Shown: piece by piece, positions 51,838 through 60,925 of the stretch
How the letters are laid out: every line of letters begins with the position of its first letter
Position numbering within the stretch: position 1 is the first letter of the stretch
Assembly (NCBI GenBank): GCA_043803405.1
Contig: JAZDKB010000010.1
Coordinates: forward strand, 80,686 to 144,685
Length of the DNA stretch: 64,000 bases
Direction of reading: 5' to 3'
Source: Spirochaetota bacterium
GTDB taxonomy: Bacteria; Spirochaetota; UBA4802; JAFGDQ01
The notes under the pieces: model-generated
Told to the model about the DNA's origin: nothing
The model's database searches: none
The model's input: the letters and a program-made list of their open reading frames with translations, nothing else
Program-made: the position numbers and the translations under genes

Positions 51838-52608
51838 TTATCCGAAACGTCCCGTTATGTAATCATCAGTGCGCTTATCTTTTGGCACTGTAAATATCCG
51901 GGCAGTATTATCGAACTCGATCATTTCGCTCATCAAAAAAAACGCGGTGTTATCTGCTACCCGCGCGGCCTGCTTAGTATTATTGGTGACAAGAATGATC
52001 GTGTAATCTTTTTTCAGCATTCTGAGGGCTTCTTCAATAGCCGCTGTAGAAATCGGATCAAGCCCGGAGCACGGCTCATCCAGAAGAATGACTTCCGGTT
52101 CCATTGCCAGCACCCTGGCCAGGCAAAGGCGCTGCTGCTGTCCCCCGGAAAGCCTCATGGCGGAAGTTTTAAGCCTGTCTTTGACTTCATCCCATAAAAA
52201 AGCATCTTTTAGGCTGCTTTCCACAAGCGAATTGAGCTTTTTCCTGTCCCGTATTCCGGAGAGCCCCGGATTGAAAATTATATTGTCATATATGCTCGCA
52301 GGCAGCGGCACAGGAAGAGCGAACACCATTCCTACTCTTTTTCTGATATGTACTGCATCGCAGCCGGGATGATAAATATCCTCTCCATCCAGAAGTATAC
52401 GGCCTTCGAGCCTGATCTCGGGCACAAGGTCGTTCATTCTGTTAAGCGCTCTTAAAAACACGGTTTTCCCTGAACCTGACGGGCCGATTATGCCTAGAAT
52501 TTTGTTTGCCGGAATTTCCATATTGATCGATCTTAGCACCTGCGTTTTATTCCAGAAAACGTTAAGATTGCTTATAGTATATTTATTTTGTTCCATCTGA
52601 TCCGTCAT
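51838..52608 (-). CDS. pstB: Phosphate ABC transporter ATP-binding protein, paralogue 2 (degenerate Q-loop and H-switch)
   Basis: GPSGSGKT, LSGGQQQRL, LDEPCSGLDP and DYITGRFG. The Q-loop and H-switch read VFALP and VTNNT. Confidence 0.93.
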   Translation of the reverse strand: MTDQMEQNKYTISNLNVFWNKTQVLRSINMEIPANKILGIIGPSGSGKTVFLRALNRMNDLVPEIRLEGRILLDGEDIYHPGCDAVHIRKRVGMVFALPVPLPASIYDNIIFNPGLSGIRDRKKLNSLVESSLKDAFLWDEVKDRLKTSAMRLSGGQQQRLCLARVLAMEPEVILLDEPCSGLDPISTAAIEEALRMLKKDYTIILVTNNTKQAARVADNTAFFLMSEMIEFDNTARIFTVPKDKRTDDYITGRFG

Positions 52609-52633
52609 TTGCCTTTATAATTTTCCTGCGGCC

Positions 52634-53473
52634 TTACTTTGTTTTTTTTGCAATAAATCTGTTCATTAACCAGTAAGTTATCAGGTTGATCGATAATATT
52701 GAAATAATGAGCACTGCTGCGGTCGCATAAGCATTCTGGCTTGATATGCCTTCGCGCGCGAGAATGTAAAAATGAACCGACATTGTGCGTATGGATTCCA
52801 GAACCGAGTCCGGTATTCTAAGGGAAGAACCTGCGGTAAATATTACGGCCGCGGTCTCGCCGATAGAACGTCCTATGCTCAGCATAATGCCTGTTACAAT
52901 ACCGGGAAGCGCGTTCGGAAGAACGATTTTACGCACAGTCTGCCACAGTGTGGCGCCTAGCGAAAAACCGACCTCTCTGTAAGAATACGGAACCGACTTT
53001 ATTGCTTCTTCACTGGTACGGATAATCGTAGGAAGTATCATAAATGCAAGCGTCAGCGAGCCGGATAAAATGGACCAGCCCATCTCAAGTGTAGTAACAA
53101 AAAAGATGAAACCGAACAAGCCGAAAATTATTGAAGGTATCCCGGCAAGGCAATCTGCTCCGAATCGCACTATGCGCGTAATCCTGTTTTCTCTTGTATA
53201 TTCGGTCAGATATACCGCAGTTCCGACTCCCAGCGGAGTTGCGATTATTATCGCTAGAAGAGGCAGAACAACAGTGCCGATCAGAGTCGGGAATATTCCG
53301 CCTGCTTTCCCCATATCCAGAGGATTTGAGAAAAGAAAGTCGAAACTGATATACGGAAGCCCTTTGCTGAAAACGAAAATTATTATAAAAACAAGAATGG
53401 CAAGCGTGAATATTGTAAGCAGCACAAGTATCGCAATCGCCAGGAGCTGTGTGTATCTGGGGTGCAGTATCAT
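52634..53473 (-). CDS. pstA: Phosphate ABC transporter permease
   Basis: LAGIPSIIFGLFG, RTSEEAIKSVP and GETAA. Confidence 0.95.
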   Translation of the reverse strand: MILHPRYTQLLAIAILVLLTIFTLAILVFIIIFVFSKGLPYISFDFLFSNPLDMGKAGGIFPTLIGTVVLPLLAIIIATPLGVGTAVYLTEYTRENRITRIVRFGADCLAGIPSIIFGLFGFIFFVTTLEMGWSILSGSLTLAFMILPTIIRTSEEAIKSVPYSYREVGFSLGATLWQTVRKIVLPNALPGIVTGIMLSIGRSIGETAAVIFTAGSSLRIPDSVLESIRTMSVHFYILAREGISSQNAYATAAVLIISILSINLITYWLMNRFIAKKTK

Positions 53474-54324
53474 TTTTTCACTCCCTTTTTAATGGCTGCC
53501 GTGGCTGCATAATTCAGAATCATAATAATTACAAGGAGCACTACGCCGGTTGCGAACAGCGCTTCCCTGTGCCTGCCTGTTGCGTAACCCATTTCAAGTG
53601 CGATATTCGCGGTAAGCGTGCGTACTGAATCGAGAGCCGAACCCGGCAGCTTAACCGCGTTCCCTGCGACCATTATGACTGCCATTGTTTCCCCGATCGC
53701 GCGTCCCAGCCCCAGTATTATGCCTGCGACAATTCCCGATCGGGCTGCCGGTATCACGACCATGTGAATTGTCTGCCAGTGCGTGGCTCCCAAAGCGAAC
53801 GCGCCTTCACGGTAGGAATTCGGCACCGCTTTTATTGCATCGATTGATATGCTCAATATAGTAGGCAATATCATTATTCCGAGTATTATTGAAGCTGCTG
53901 CAATGGAAAGGCCGGGGCCTCCAAAATAATTTCTTATAAGCGGGGCAAGCACCATCACACCTATAAAACCATATACAACGGACGGTATGCCGGCCAGGAG
54001 TTCTATTGTGGGCTTGATTATTTTCATTGCCCACCTGGGAATAAATTCCGAAATAAAAACAGCGCCCGCAAGTCCAAGAGGCACACCGACAAGCATTGCG
54101 CCCAGTGTAACCCATAAAGACCCGACAATCATGGGGAAAATTCCGAATTTGCCTAAAGCGGGCTGCCATTCGGAAGAGAAAAGAAAATCACTTAATCCTG
54201 TTAAAAAAATGAAAGGCAAACCTTCCTTAAGTATAAACAGAACAATAAGGAAAAGCATGGTAATAGCAGACAAGGCTATTATCATTAAAAGTCTGTATAT
54301 TCCTTTTTCGTTAATAAGCTTCAT
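53470..54324 (-). CDS. pstC: Phosphate ABC transporter permease
   Basis: ELLAGIPSVVYG and GRAIGETMAV. Confidence 0.95.
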   Translation of the reverse strand: MKLINEKGIYRLLMIIALSAITMLFLIVLFILKEGLPFIFLTGLSDFLFSSEWQPALGKFGIFPMIVGSLWVTLGAMLVGVPLGLAGAVFISEFIPRWAMKIIKPTIELLAGIPSVVYGFIGVMVLAPLIRNYFGGPGLSIAAASIILGIMILPTILSISIDAIKAVPNSYREGAFALGATHWQTIHMVVIPAARSGIVAGIILGLGRAIGETMAVIMVAGNAVKLPGSALDSVRTLTANIALEMGYATGRHREALFATGVVLLVIIMILNYAATAAIKKGVKK

Positions 54325-54507
54325 CGGCAGTTTTTTCTTTGTATTAAGGTTTCCCTTGGGTGAATAAAATTATAATGATTTGCCACAGAGGCACAGGAAA
54401 TACGGAGATATTTTAATAAAACATTATTTCAGCCGGAAATATATATTAAACTTGTTGCATATCTCTACTGTCGCTTCGTCCGAAGGTACAGTTTAGCAAC
54501 AACTCTA

Positions 54508-55302
54508 TTAATTTGCAGGTATTAAACCATTTTGCTTTATGGTTTCCTGACCCTGCTTTGAAAGAATATAATCGATAAATTCTTTAATTTTATTCTTTGG
54601 GGCTTCCTTTGTTAAAAAGAATATAGGCCTTACGAGTGAATATTTTCCATTAATTATTTCTTCTGTTGAACTTGCCACACCGTTGACCATGACAGGTTTA
54701 ATTTTTTCATTAACCAGGCCATGTGAAATATACCCGATCGTATTTACATCATTATTCACGGTTTCACGAACTGTCCCGTTTGAATCCTGAATAATCGCAC
54801 TGTTTGTCAGCATAACATCCTTTATTATTGCTTCAAACGAAGACCTTGTGCCTGATCCCGCTTCCCTGGAAATAACAGTTATGGGATGATCGTTTCCGCC
54901 TACATTCTTCCAGTTTGTTATTTTTCCGTTATATATATCTCTTATTTGCGAAAATGTTAAATTGTTTATTTTGTTTTTCAGGTTTACAATTACAGCTATT
55001 CCGTCTCTTGCGACAACAACAGAGGAAAGGGTTTTTGCTTCTGCAGGCAATATTACCAGGTCGGCCATTCCTATTTGCGCGGCGCCGGATAAGGCTGACT
55101 GAATCCCTACTGACGATCCGCCTCCCTGTATTGTAATGTTGGTGTCCGGATGAAGCTTCATATACTGGTCGGCAAGCTTTTCTGCAAAGGGCTGAAACGC
55201 GGTTGAACCTGCAACCGTGACAGAGAGCTTATTTTTTCCGCAAGCTGAAATTGCAATGATTAAGGCTGTTATTATTAGAGACAATTTTATTATATTTTTC
55301 AT
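54508..55302 (-). CDS. pstS: Phosphate ABC transporter substrate-binding lipoprotein
   Basis: Lipobox ISAC, AGST, GGGSSVG and REAGSGTR. Confidence 0.95.
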   Translation of the reverse strand: MKNIIKLSLIITALIIAISACGKNKLSVTVAGSTAFQPFAEKLADQYMKLHPDTNITIQGGGSSVGIQSALSGAAQIGMADLVILPAEAKTLSSVVVARDGIAVIVNLKNKINNLTFSQIRDIYNGKITNWKNVGGNDHPITVISREAGSGTRSSFEAIIKDVMLTNSAIIQDSNGTVRETVNNDVNTIGYISHGLVNEKIKPVMVNGVASSTEEIINGKYSLVRPIFFLTKEAPKNKIKEFIDYILSKQGQETIKQNGLIPAN

Positions 55303-55481
55303 GTTTTAACCTGTTAATAAAATATAAAGAAATTGTCAAATAAAAATTAAGATGAAGATTTTATATTTGAACCAGTACCATTACCGGATAAATCAATCTA
55401 TAGGCAACTCATTGGCAGCAGGACGGAATAAAGATATGGGTGCCCGGACTTTTAAAGGGAAATAAAAAATAATAACGATTA

Positions 55482-56795
55482 TTACTTCATTTTTTCCCGT
55501 ACAAAAAAATGCAATGCTCCCGTTGCTGCGAGCGCGATTGCAGCTCCGGATAAAAACGCGTACATCGCCCCTGTTGCAGAATATATGATACCGAATATTA
55601 CGCTGGCCGGCAATGCGAATATGCCGATTGCAAAGTTGTATGCCCCGAACGCGCTGCCGCGCAATCCTTCCGGAACAATGTCCGCAACTAGTGCCTTCTC
55701 GGTTCCTTCGGTGAAAGCATAATAGAAACTGTATACTGCGAAAAGCGCGGCATACGCAAATATTCGCTTACCTTCCGGAATATAATCGGAAAACGCAAAA
55801 CCGGCGTATACAAACGCGTAAACAAGCCAGCCTGTACTTATCACTTTTTTTCTGCCGATCCTGTCCGAAAGCGCGCTTAGCGGAGTGGATAAAGCGGATT
55901 TTAATATATGGAAAAATGCCCAGAAAAAAGGAAGGGTGAAAATACTGATAATGCTTTTTTTTGTTTCAACATCCGGAAAGCGGTTAAGTATTATTTTTAT
56001 GAACGGCAGATAATCGGTAATTGTTATAAGCGAGCCTGACTGCTCAAGCAGGTCCGCAATGCGTAAAAGCAAAAACGCATCCGAAGAATTGCCAAGTGTA
56101 AAAAGGCTTACTACAGACAGATAGGCGAGAAAATTTTTATCAAAAGACTTTAATGTGATCTTCGGCCTGTCCGCAATGCAGGAATCCGGTGCTTTTTCTT
56201 TTATAAAAAAGATGATTATTAATACCGCTATTAGTCCGGGAATAAAGGCTGCAAAAAAGGTAATCCTTAATGCGTTAAGCGGTGTTATATCTGACAAAAA
56301 ATAAAATATTATAAGCAGGCATGCTATTGCAAGGAAAGGACCGGCTACTGCGCCGGCGTGGTCCATTGCCCTGTGGAACCCGTAAGCCTTCCCGCGCACG
56401 CCTGGTTCGGTTGCGGATGCAATAAGGGCGTCGCGCGGAGCAGTGCGAAGGCCTTTACCTATGCGGTCAATTAAGCGTATGAACACAATGTTCCATGCTG
56501 ATGAAACAGATCCGGTGAACGGCCTCACAAGCGAGGATATTGAATATCCTGCAAGAATAAAAATTTTCCGTTTGCCTGTTTTATCCGAGACTATCCCGCC
56601 GAAAAATTTTAAAAAACTGGATGATGTTTCCGCAACGCCTTCGATTATTCCGATTACAATTGCTCCTGATCCGAGCAGGGATACGAATACAGGTATGAGG
56701 GGATATAGCATCTCGGTTGCCGCGTCCGTAAAAAAACTTACAAGGCCGAGTATGACGACCTGAGCAGGTATCTTTGATTTACCGGTTATATTCAT
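55482..56795 (-). CDS. MFS transporter
   Basis: SDKTGKRK, DRIGKGLRTAPRDAL and SDRIGRK, with multiple TM helices. Confidence 0.92.
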   Translation of the reverse strand: MNITGKSKIPAQVVILGLVSFFTDAATEMLYPLIPVFVSLLGSGAIVIGIIEGVAETSSSFLKFFGGIVSDKTGKRKIFILAGYSISSLVRPFTGSVSSAWNIVFIRLIDRIGKGLRTAPRDALIASATEPGVRGKAYGFHRAMDHAGAVAGPFLAIACLLIIFYFLSDITPLNALRITFFAAFIPGLIAVLIIIFFIKEKAPDSCIADRPKITLKSFDKNFLAYLSVVSLFTLGNSSDAFLLLRIADLLEQSGSLITITDYLPFIKIILNRFPDVETKKSIISIFTLPFFWAFFHILKSALSTPLSALSDRIGRKKVISTGWLVYAFVYAGFAFSDYIPEGKRIFAYAALFAVYSFYYAFTEGTEKALVADIVPEGLRGSAFGAYNFAIGIFALPASVIFGIIYSATGAMYAFLSGAAIALAATGALHFFVREKMK

Positions 56796-57301
56796 AATAG
56801 AATTATTTTCTGATAAATGTTTTATTTGGCAAGTTGAATTTTATAAAAGATTAGGGGAAGGAATCGATTATAGACATATAAAATAATTAGCTACACTTTT
56901 AAAATAGACAACAGCATTGCAGGGGTCACGAACACGCCGGACATAGATACAGGCGGCGCGTATCTGTCCACAGTGACATACAATTACAGATACGACGGCC
57001 TTAACCGCCTTGTAAAAGCAGCAGGCATTTACACAAAAGGCGCAACCCCGAACTCCACAGCGCAGGAGACGCTGAAACGATTCGAAACAGGATTCAGCTA
57101 CGCGCCAAACGGAAACATGACAGGCAAAGACACATTCGATCCTGCAAGCTACGCATTATCGGATTCGATTGAATACACTTACGGAGCGAATAATCATGCT
57201 GTTACAAGCATTACGTCAAGGCTTACGAGCGAAGAAAAGTACGCGATGCAGTATGACGCGGTAGGGAATATGACCGGGCAGACGAGCCCCTCTGCCCCCG
57301 G

Positions 57302-57328
57302 CCCCCTAAATCCCCCGGAGGGGGACTT
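57302..57328 (+). repeat. GC hairpin element inserted in frame in the Rhs core
   Basis: CCCCCTAAATCCCCCGGAGGGGGACTT, similar to 59527-59553 and to 60128-60155 (reverse). Confidence 0.75.
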
Positions 57329-57423
57329 AAGAGCTAAGAGCATGGCCTATGACTCGTACAACAGAATTATCAGCGTAACGAATACGGACACGAGCGAGGT
57401 TGTGGGCCGGTACTGGTACGACG

Positions 57424-57525
57424 GACATGGATGTCCTAGTGCCGATGCGTGCATGGATGCACACAAGCATCGGCCGACGACCAGGCCGGAAATTTGACAT
57501 CCATGTCATTTCCGTCCTGTGGCTC
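57424..57525. mobile_element. 102-bp nested-hairpin insertion with CATGGATG/CATCCATG cores
   Basis: Absent from the paralogous Rhs core, which reads GACG-ATCAG-GGCTTC at about 62018-62032. Confidence 0.75.
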
Positions 57526-58743
57526 GGCTTCCGCGTGCGCAAGGTCGCGAAGCGCGTAGTCGGCAGCGAAACGAGACAGGTGGAGGTGCTGTACCCGTCC
57601 ATGTACTTCGGCCTTGAAAAGCAGAGAGACTCCGCAGGCGCTGAAGTGCCTAACTCGGTTTATTCCGTTAACAACATTTATCTTGACGGAGTGCGCATTG
57701 CAGCAGTTATCCCAAGCGGAGACGCGAGATATTATTTGACAGACCAGGTCGACTCTGTTAAGGTAGTTGCAGACGACAACGGGCTTGCTGTAAGCCGCAT
57801 GGAGTACATGCCATACGGCGAAACATGGTTTGAGGAAGGCGACACTAACAACGCGCCCAAGTACAACTCACAGGAGCTTGATACAGAATCGAACCTGTAT
57901 TACTACAATGCAAGGCATTACTCGCAGGATGTGGCGAGGTTTGTAACGCCTGACACGATGATTCCGAACCCGCTTGACACACAGAGCTGGAACAGATATT
58001 CTTATTGCTCAAATAATCCGATTATCTATAAGGACCCGACAGGGCATGCACCGTTAAGCGACTTTAGCAGCGAAGCGCTGACAGACGCTTGGGCTAATTC
58101 GGGATTTGATACACCTCGAGAAAAGGCTAAAGAACCATCAAAACCTACAATGAGCAAGGAAGAAAACGATGCAACAATTGCAAAGTTAGAAAATAAAATC
58201 GTTAATGCTAAAGCTTCTGGAAGTGATAGGATTGATTTAAATAAAGGCTTGCATATCGTAATGTTGGAAAATAATAATGAAGGATTTAAAAGGGGAAAGG
58301 ATGAAATAAAAGGGGATTACTATATAATAAAAGACGGTAACATTTTAAAAACTAATCCAGGTACATCAAAATCTTCCATTACTCCTATGAAGGATAGTAA
58401 AGAAGATTTCGATACGGCAGTTAATGCAGATAATAATTTAAAACCAGGAAACTATAAATTTAAAGGTGATTTAAAAGAAGGTCAAATGGAACTTTATGAA
58501 AATGATACTAAAATGAAAGCTAAAGACCGAACAATGCCTTCAACAGGTGGGAAATACAATACTCAAGATAAACTATTAATACATGATATTGCTAAAAGTC
58601 AAACATGGTCTGGAAGTATTGGTTGTCAGGCACTTGCTGGTTTTAAAGGATGGGCACAAGAATATAGTAAAAAAAATGAGTCCAAAGTAACTGGTGATTA
58701 TCATTTAATCGATATGATTACAACTAAAAAAGAGGATTAAAAT

Positions 58744-59355
58744 ATGAAGAAACGAATACAGTGTAATATAATTTGTATTATTTCTTTAATATTTATTTTA
58801 TTTTTAATGAATCACATTGTTAACAGTAAAGAAGAGAAAATAGAATTATATCCAAGTAAAGTAAAATCTGTACGAGGACATTGTGCGATGGAAGACCCAG
58901 AAGGGGGTGGGCCAATTATAATAAAAGATATAAAAGCTTCTAATTATATAAAAGATAACACTGGGATTGATTATAGTATTAATAATGTTTTAGGAGGAAC
59001 TTGGGATACCGCTTGGTGTGTAAATGGTAATGGTATCGGAGAGTGGATTAAAGTAGTAATACCGATTAATTTAAGAGAAAGAAAAGGAATAACTAATCTT
59101 TACAGAATACTAGTTGTAAATGGGTTAGGAAAAAATAAAGAGTTATATTTTGCAAACAATAGAGTGAAAAGAATTGAAGTTGAAACTAGCGGAGGGGAGA
59201 AAGTATTTCTTAATCTTCATGATGATGATTTAGAATTACAGCGGTTTAAAATAAATATAAAGGCCGAATGGTTGAAAATGACAATAAAGGAAATATATAA
59301 GAGTAATAAATATAACGATACTTGTATTGGAAAGATATTTTTTGAGACAGAGTAG
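58744..59355 (+). CDS. Putative immunity protein: exported discoidin-like (NADase-type glycan-binding) domain
   Basis: Starts 4 bp after the toxin stop. N-terminal hydrophobic helix, DTAWCVNGNGIGEWI, NNRVKRIEV and YNDTCI. Confidence 0.75.
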   Translation: MKKRIQCNIICIISLIFILFLMNHIVNSKEEKIELYPSKVKSVRGHCAMEDPEGGGPIIIKDIKASNYIKDNTGIDYSINNVLGGTWDTAWCVNGNGIGEWIKVVIPINLRERKGITNLYRILVVNGLGKNKELYFANNRVKRIEVETSGGEKVFLNLHDDDLELQRFKINIKAEWLKMTIKEIYKSNKYNDTCIGKIFFETE

Positions 59356-59458
59356 TAGCAGAGACGAATACAGACGAAGAAAGATTCGAGTTCAAGAGCT
59401 TGAAGAAGCAAAGGCAATCGGTAATTTCGGGAACAGAAAAGCGATCGTAGTAGCAGGG

Positions 59459-59527
59459 GCGTTCGGGAGCACTGGCAACAGCTGTCGGGAGCAGAGGGGC
59501 GGGCGAAGAAGAAAAAGCGCGTGTTGC
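59459..59527 (+). repeat. Conserved post-immunity spacer (copy 1)
   Basis: 61/69 identity to 63769-63837. Its 3' part also recurs at 60243-60267. Confidence 0.8.
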
Positions 59528-59553
59528 CCCCCAAGCCCCCCGAAGGGGGGCTT
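59527..59553 (+). repeat. Left hairpin / inverted repeat flanking DUF559 gene 1
   Basis: CCCCCCAAGCCCCCCGAAGGGGGGCTT. Confidence 0.85.
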
Positions 59554-59764
59554 AAAAGCACTGGCATTGTTTTGGAAAAAGAATTTTGATTTGAAAAAGA
59601 ATGTCGGGAACTGTTGTTGCTGAAAGGCGAGCGATGCAAGTTTACCAGAAAGCAAAGCGCTGAGTAGTACAGAATAGACAAAAAGCCCCTTTGCGAAACC
59701 TCCTTGTGGGACAAAGGAGAATAAAAAAACATATTGGTCAAGAAGAATCATTGAAGATTTATAT

Positions 59765-60127
59765 ATGAACCCCGAAGTAAGAACCCCCAAATATGTAATC
59801 GAACGAGCACAAGAACTCCGTGTGAATATGACACCCACAGAAAAGCTTTTATGGGATAGACTTAAAGAAAAACAGATAGATGGATACAGGTTCAGGAGAC
59901 AACATCCGGTATACAGATACATACTCGATTTTTATTGTGCTGAGAAGAGCCTTGCAATTGAGATAGACGGCGGAATACACGATAAAAACAAAGAGTATGA
60001 TGAATACAGAGATAAACTGCTGGAAAGTTTGGGAATAAAAACATTACGGTTTAAAGATGAAGAAATGATCAATAACATTAATGAAGTAATAGAAAAAATA
60101 AAAAACAAATTAAGCTGCACAGACTGA
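59765..60127 (+). CDS. DUF559 (Vsr-like PD-(D/E)xK) endonuclease domain protein 1
   Basis: ELRVNMTPTEKLLW, FRRQHP, ILDFYC, IEIDGGIH, YDEYRD and TLRF. Confidence 0.92.
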   Translation: MNPEVRTPKYVIERAQELRVNMTPTEKLLWDRLKEKQIDGYRFRRQHPVYRYILDFYCAEKSLAIEIDGGIHDKNKEYDEYRDKLLESLGIKTLRFKDEEMINNINEVIEKIKNKLSCTD

Positions 60128-60155
60128 AAGCCCCCCTTCGGGGGGTTTGGGGGGG
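60128..60155 (-). repeat. Right hairpin / inverted repeat flanking DUF559 gene 1
   Basis: AAGCCCCCCTTCGGGGGGTTTGGGGGGG. Its reverse complement matches the left copy at 26/27. Confidence 0.85.
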
Positions 60156-60344
60156 CGAAGCAGCAACATCGTTGTTCATCCGCACAAGTCATCGAAGCAA
60201 ACTCGTTCTAAACAGCACCGGCGTCCGGGAGTATCAGGGCGAGCGAAGAAGAAAAAGCGTGTGTTGCTGTAGGCAACCTCACCCCCCGGCAGTAAGGCGC
60301 AAACGGACATGATGTCCATTTGCGTCCGATTGAGGATGAGGTCA

Positions 60345-60800
60345 ATGCGTAACAGCGGCCTGGTAAAGAATCAGCGTGTAAGCAGCAAAAAGCTAACCAG
60401 GGCGAAGGAGCTTCGGCAAAATATGACCGAAGCTGAGAAGATTTTCTGGGCTGCTGTACGCGGAAGAAAATTCAGAAAATTTAAGTTCAGAAGACAGCAG
60501 ATTATCGAGGGCTTTGTAGTCGATTTTTACTGCGACGCACTGCGTCTGTGTGTTGAGATTGACGGCGCAGTGCATGATGCAGAAACAGCAAAGAAATACG
60601 ATACAGAACGCGACAAAGCATTAAAGAAGCACGGCTTAACGATGCTTCGGTTTACGAATGACGAAGTAATAAGAGATGTAAACACAGAAATAGCCCACGG
60701 TTCCGTAGGCCGTGGGCTATTTGATTTCGGAGCAAGAAAAAAGTTATTCAGGCACAGGCGAGGTAAAAGCACAGACGCACTGACAATAAAAAGACGATAA
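60345..60800 (+). CDS. DUF559 endonuclease domain protein 2, with the C-terminus altered by a hairpin insertion
   Basis: ELRQNMTEAEKIFW, FRRQQ, VVDFYC, VEIDGAVH, YDTERD and MLRFTN. Start placed at ATG 60345 after GAGGATGAGG. Confidence 0.88.
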   Translation: MRNSGLVKNQRVSSKKLTRAKELRQNMTEAEKIFWAAVRGRKFRKFKFRRQQIIEGFVVDFYCDALRLCVEIDGAVHDAETAKKYDTERDKALKKHGLTMLRFTNDEVIRDVNTEIAHGSVGRGLFDFGARKKLFRHRRGKSTDALTIKRR

Positions 60801-60925
60801 CGGGAAAAATGTAAACAAGCCCTCACAGCCTTGACTATTAAAGAAATCATTGCGGCATAAGTTGTTCCCTCCACCTTTAACGGTCTCTGAATACATCCTT
60901 ACTGGTCTTTCCCTGTGTCCTTACG

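Larger units (their letters stand above)
56889..58740 (+). pseudogene. Orphan Rhs cassette 1: 5'-truncated Rhs core frameshifted by a 102-bp insertion, with an intact C-terminal toxin
   Basis: YD repeats (YDGLNRL, YDAVGNM, YDSYNRI) in ORF 56973-57497 continue in another frame in ORF 57400-58740 (YLTDQVDSV, YYYNARHY, NPIIYKDPTGH). No N-terminal Rhs region is present. Confidence 0.85.

Noticed and set aside
54381..54470. Short repeat remnants (CCACAGAGGCACAG and a TCTCTAC half-REP) between pstS and pstC
   Set aside because: Too short and degenerate to call.
59217..59922. ORFs 59217-59741(-), 59327-59623(+) and 59392-59922(-)
   Set aside because: They are translations of the non-coding spacer and GC hairpins (PPSGGLGG-type peptides) and overlap real genes.
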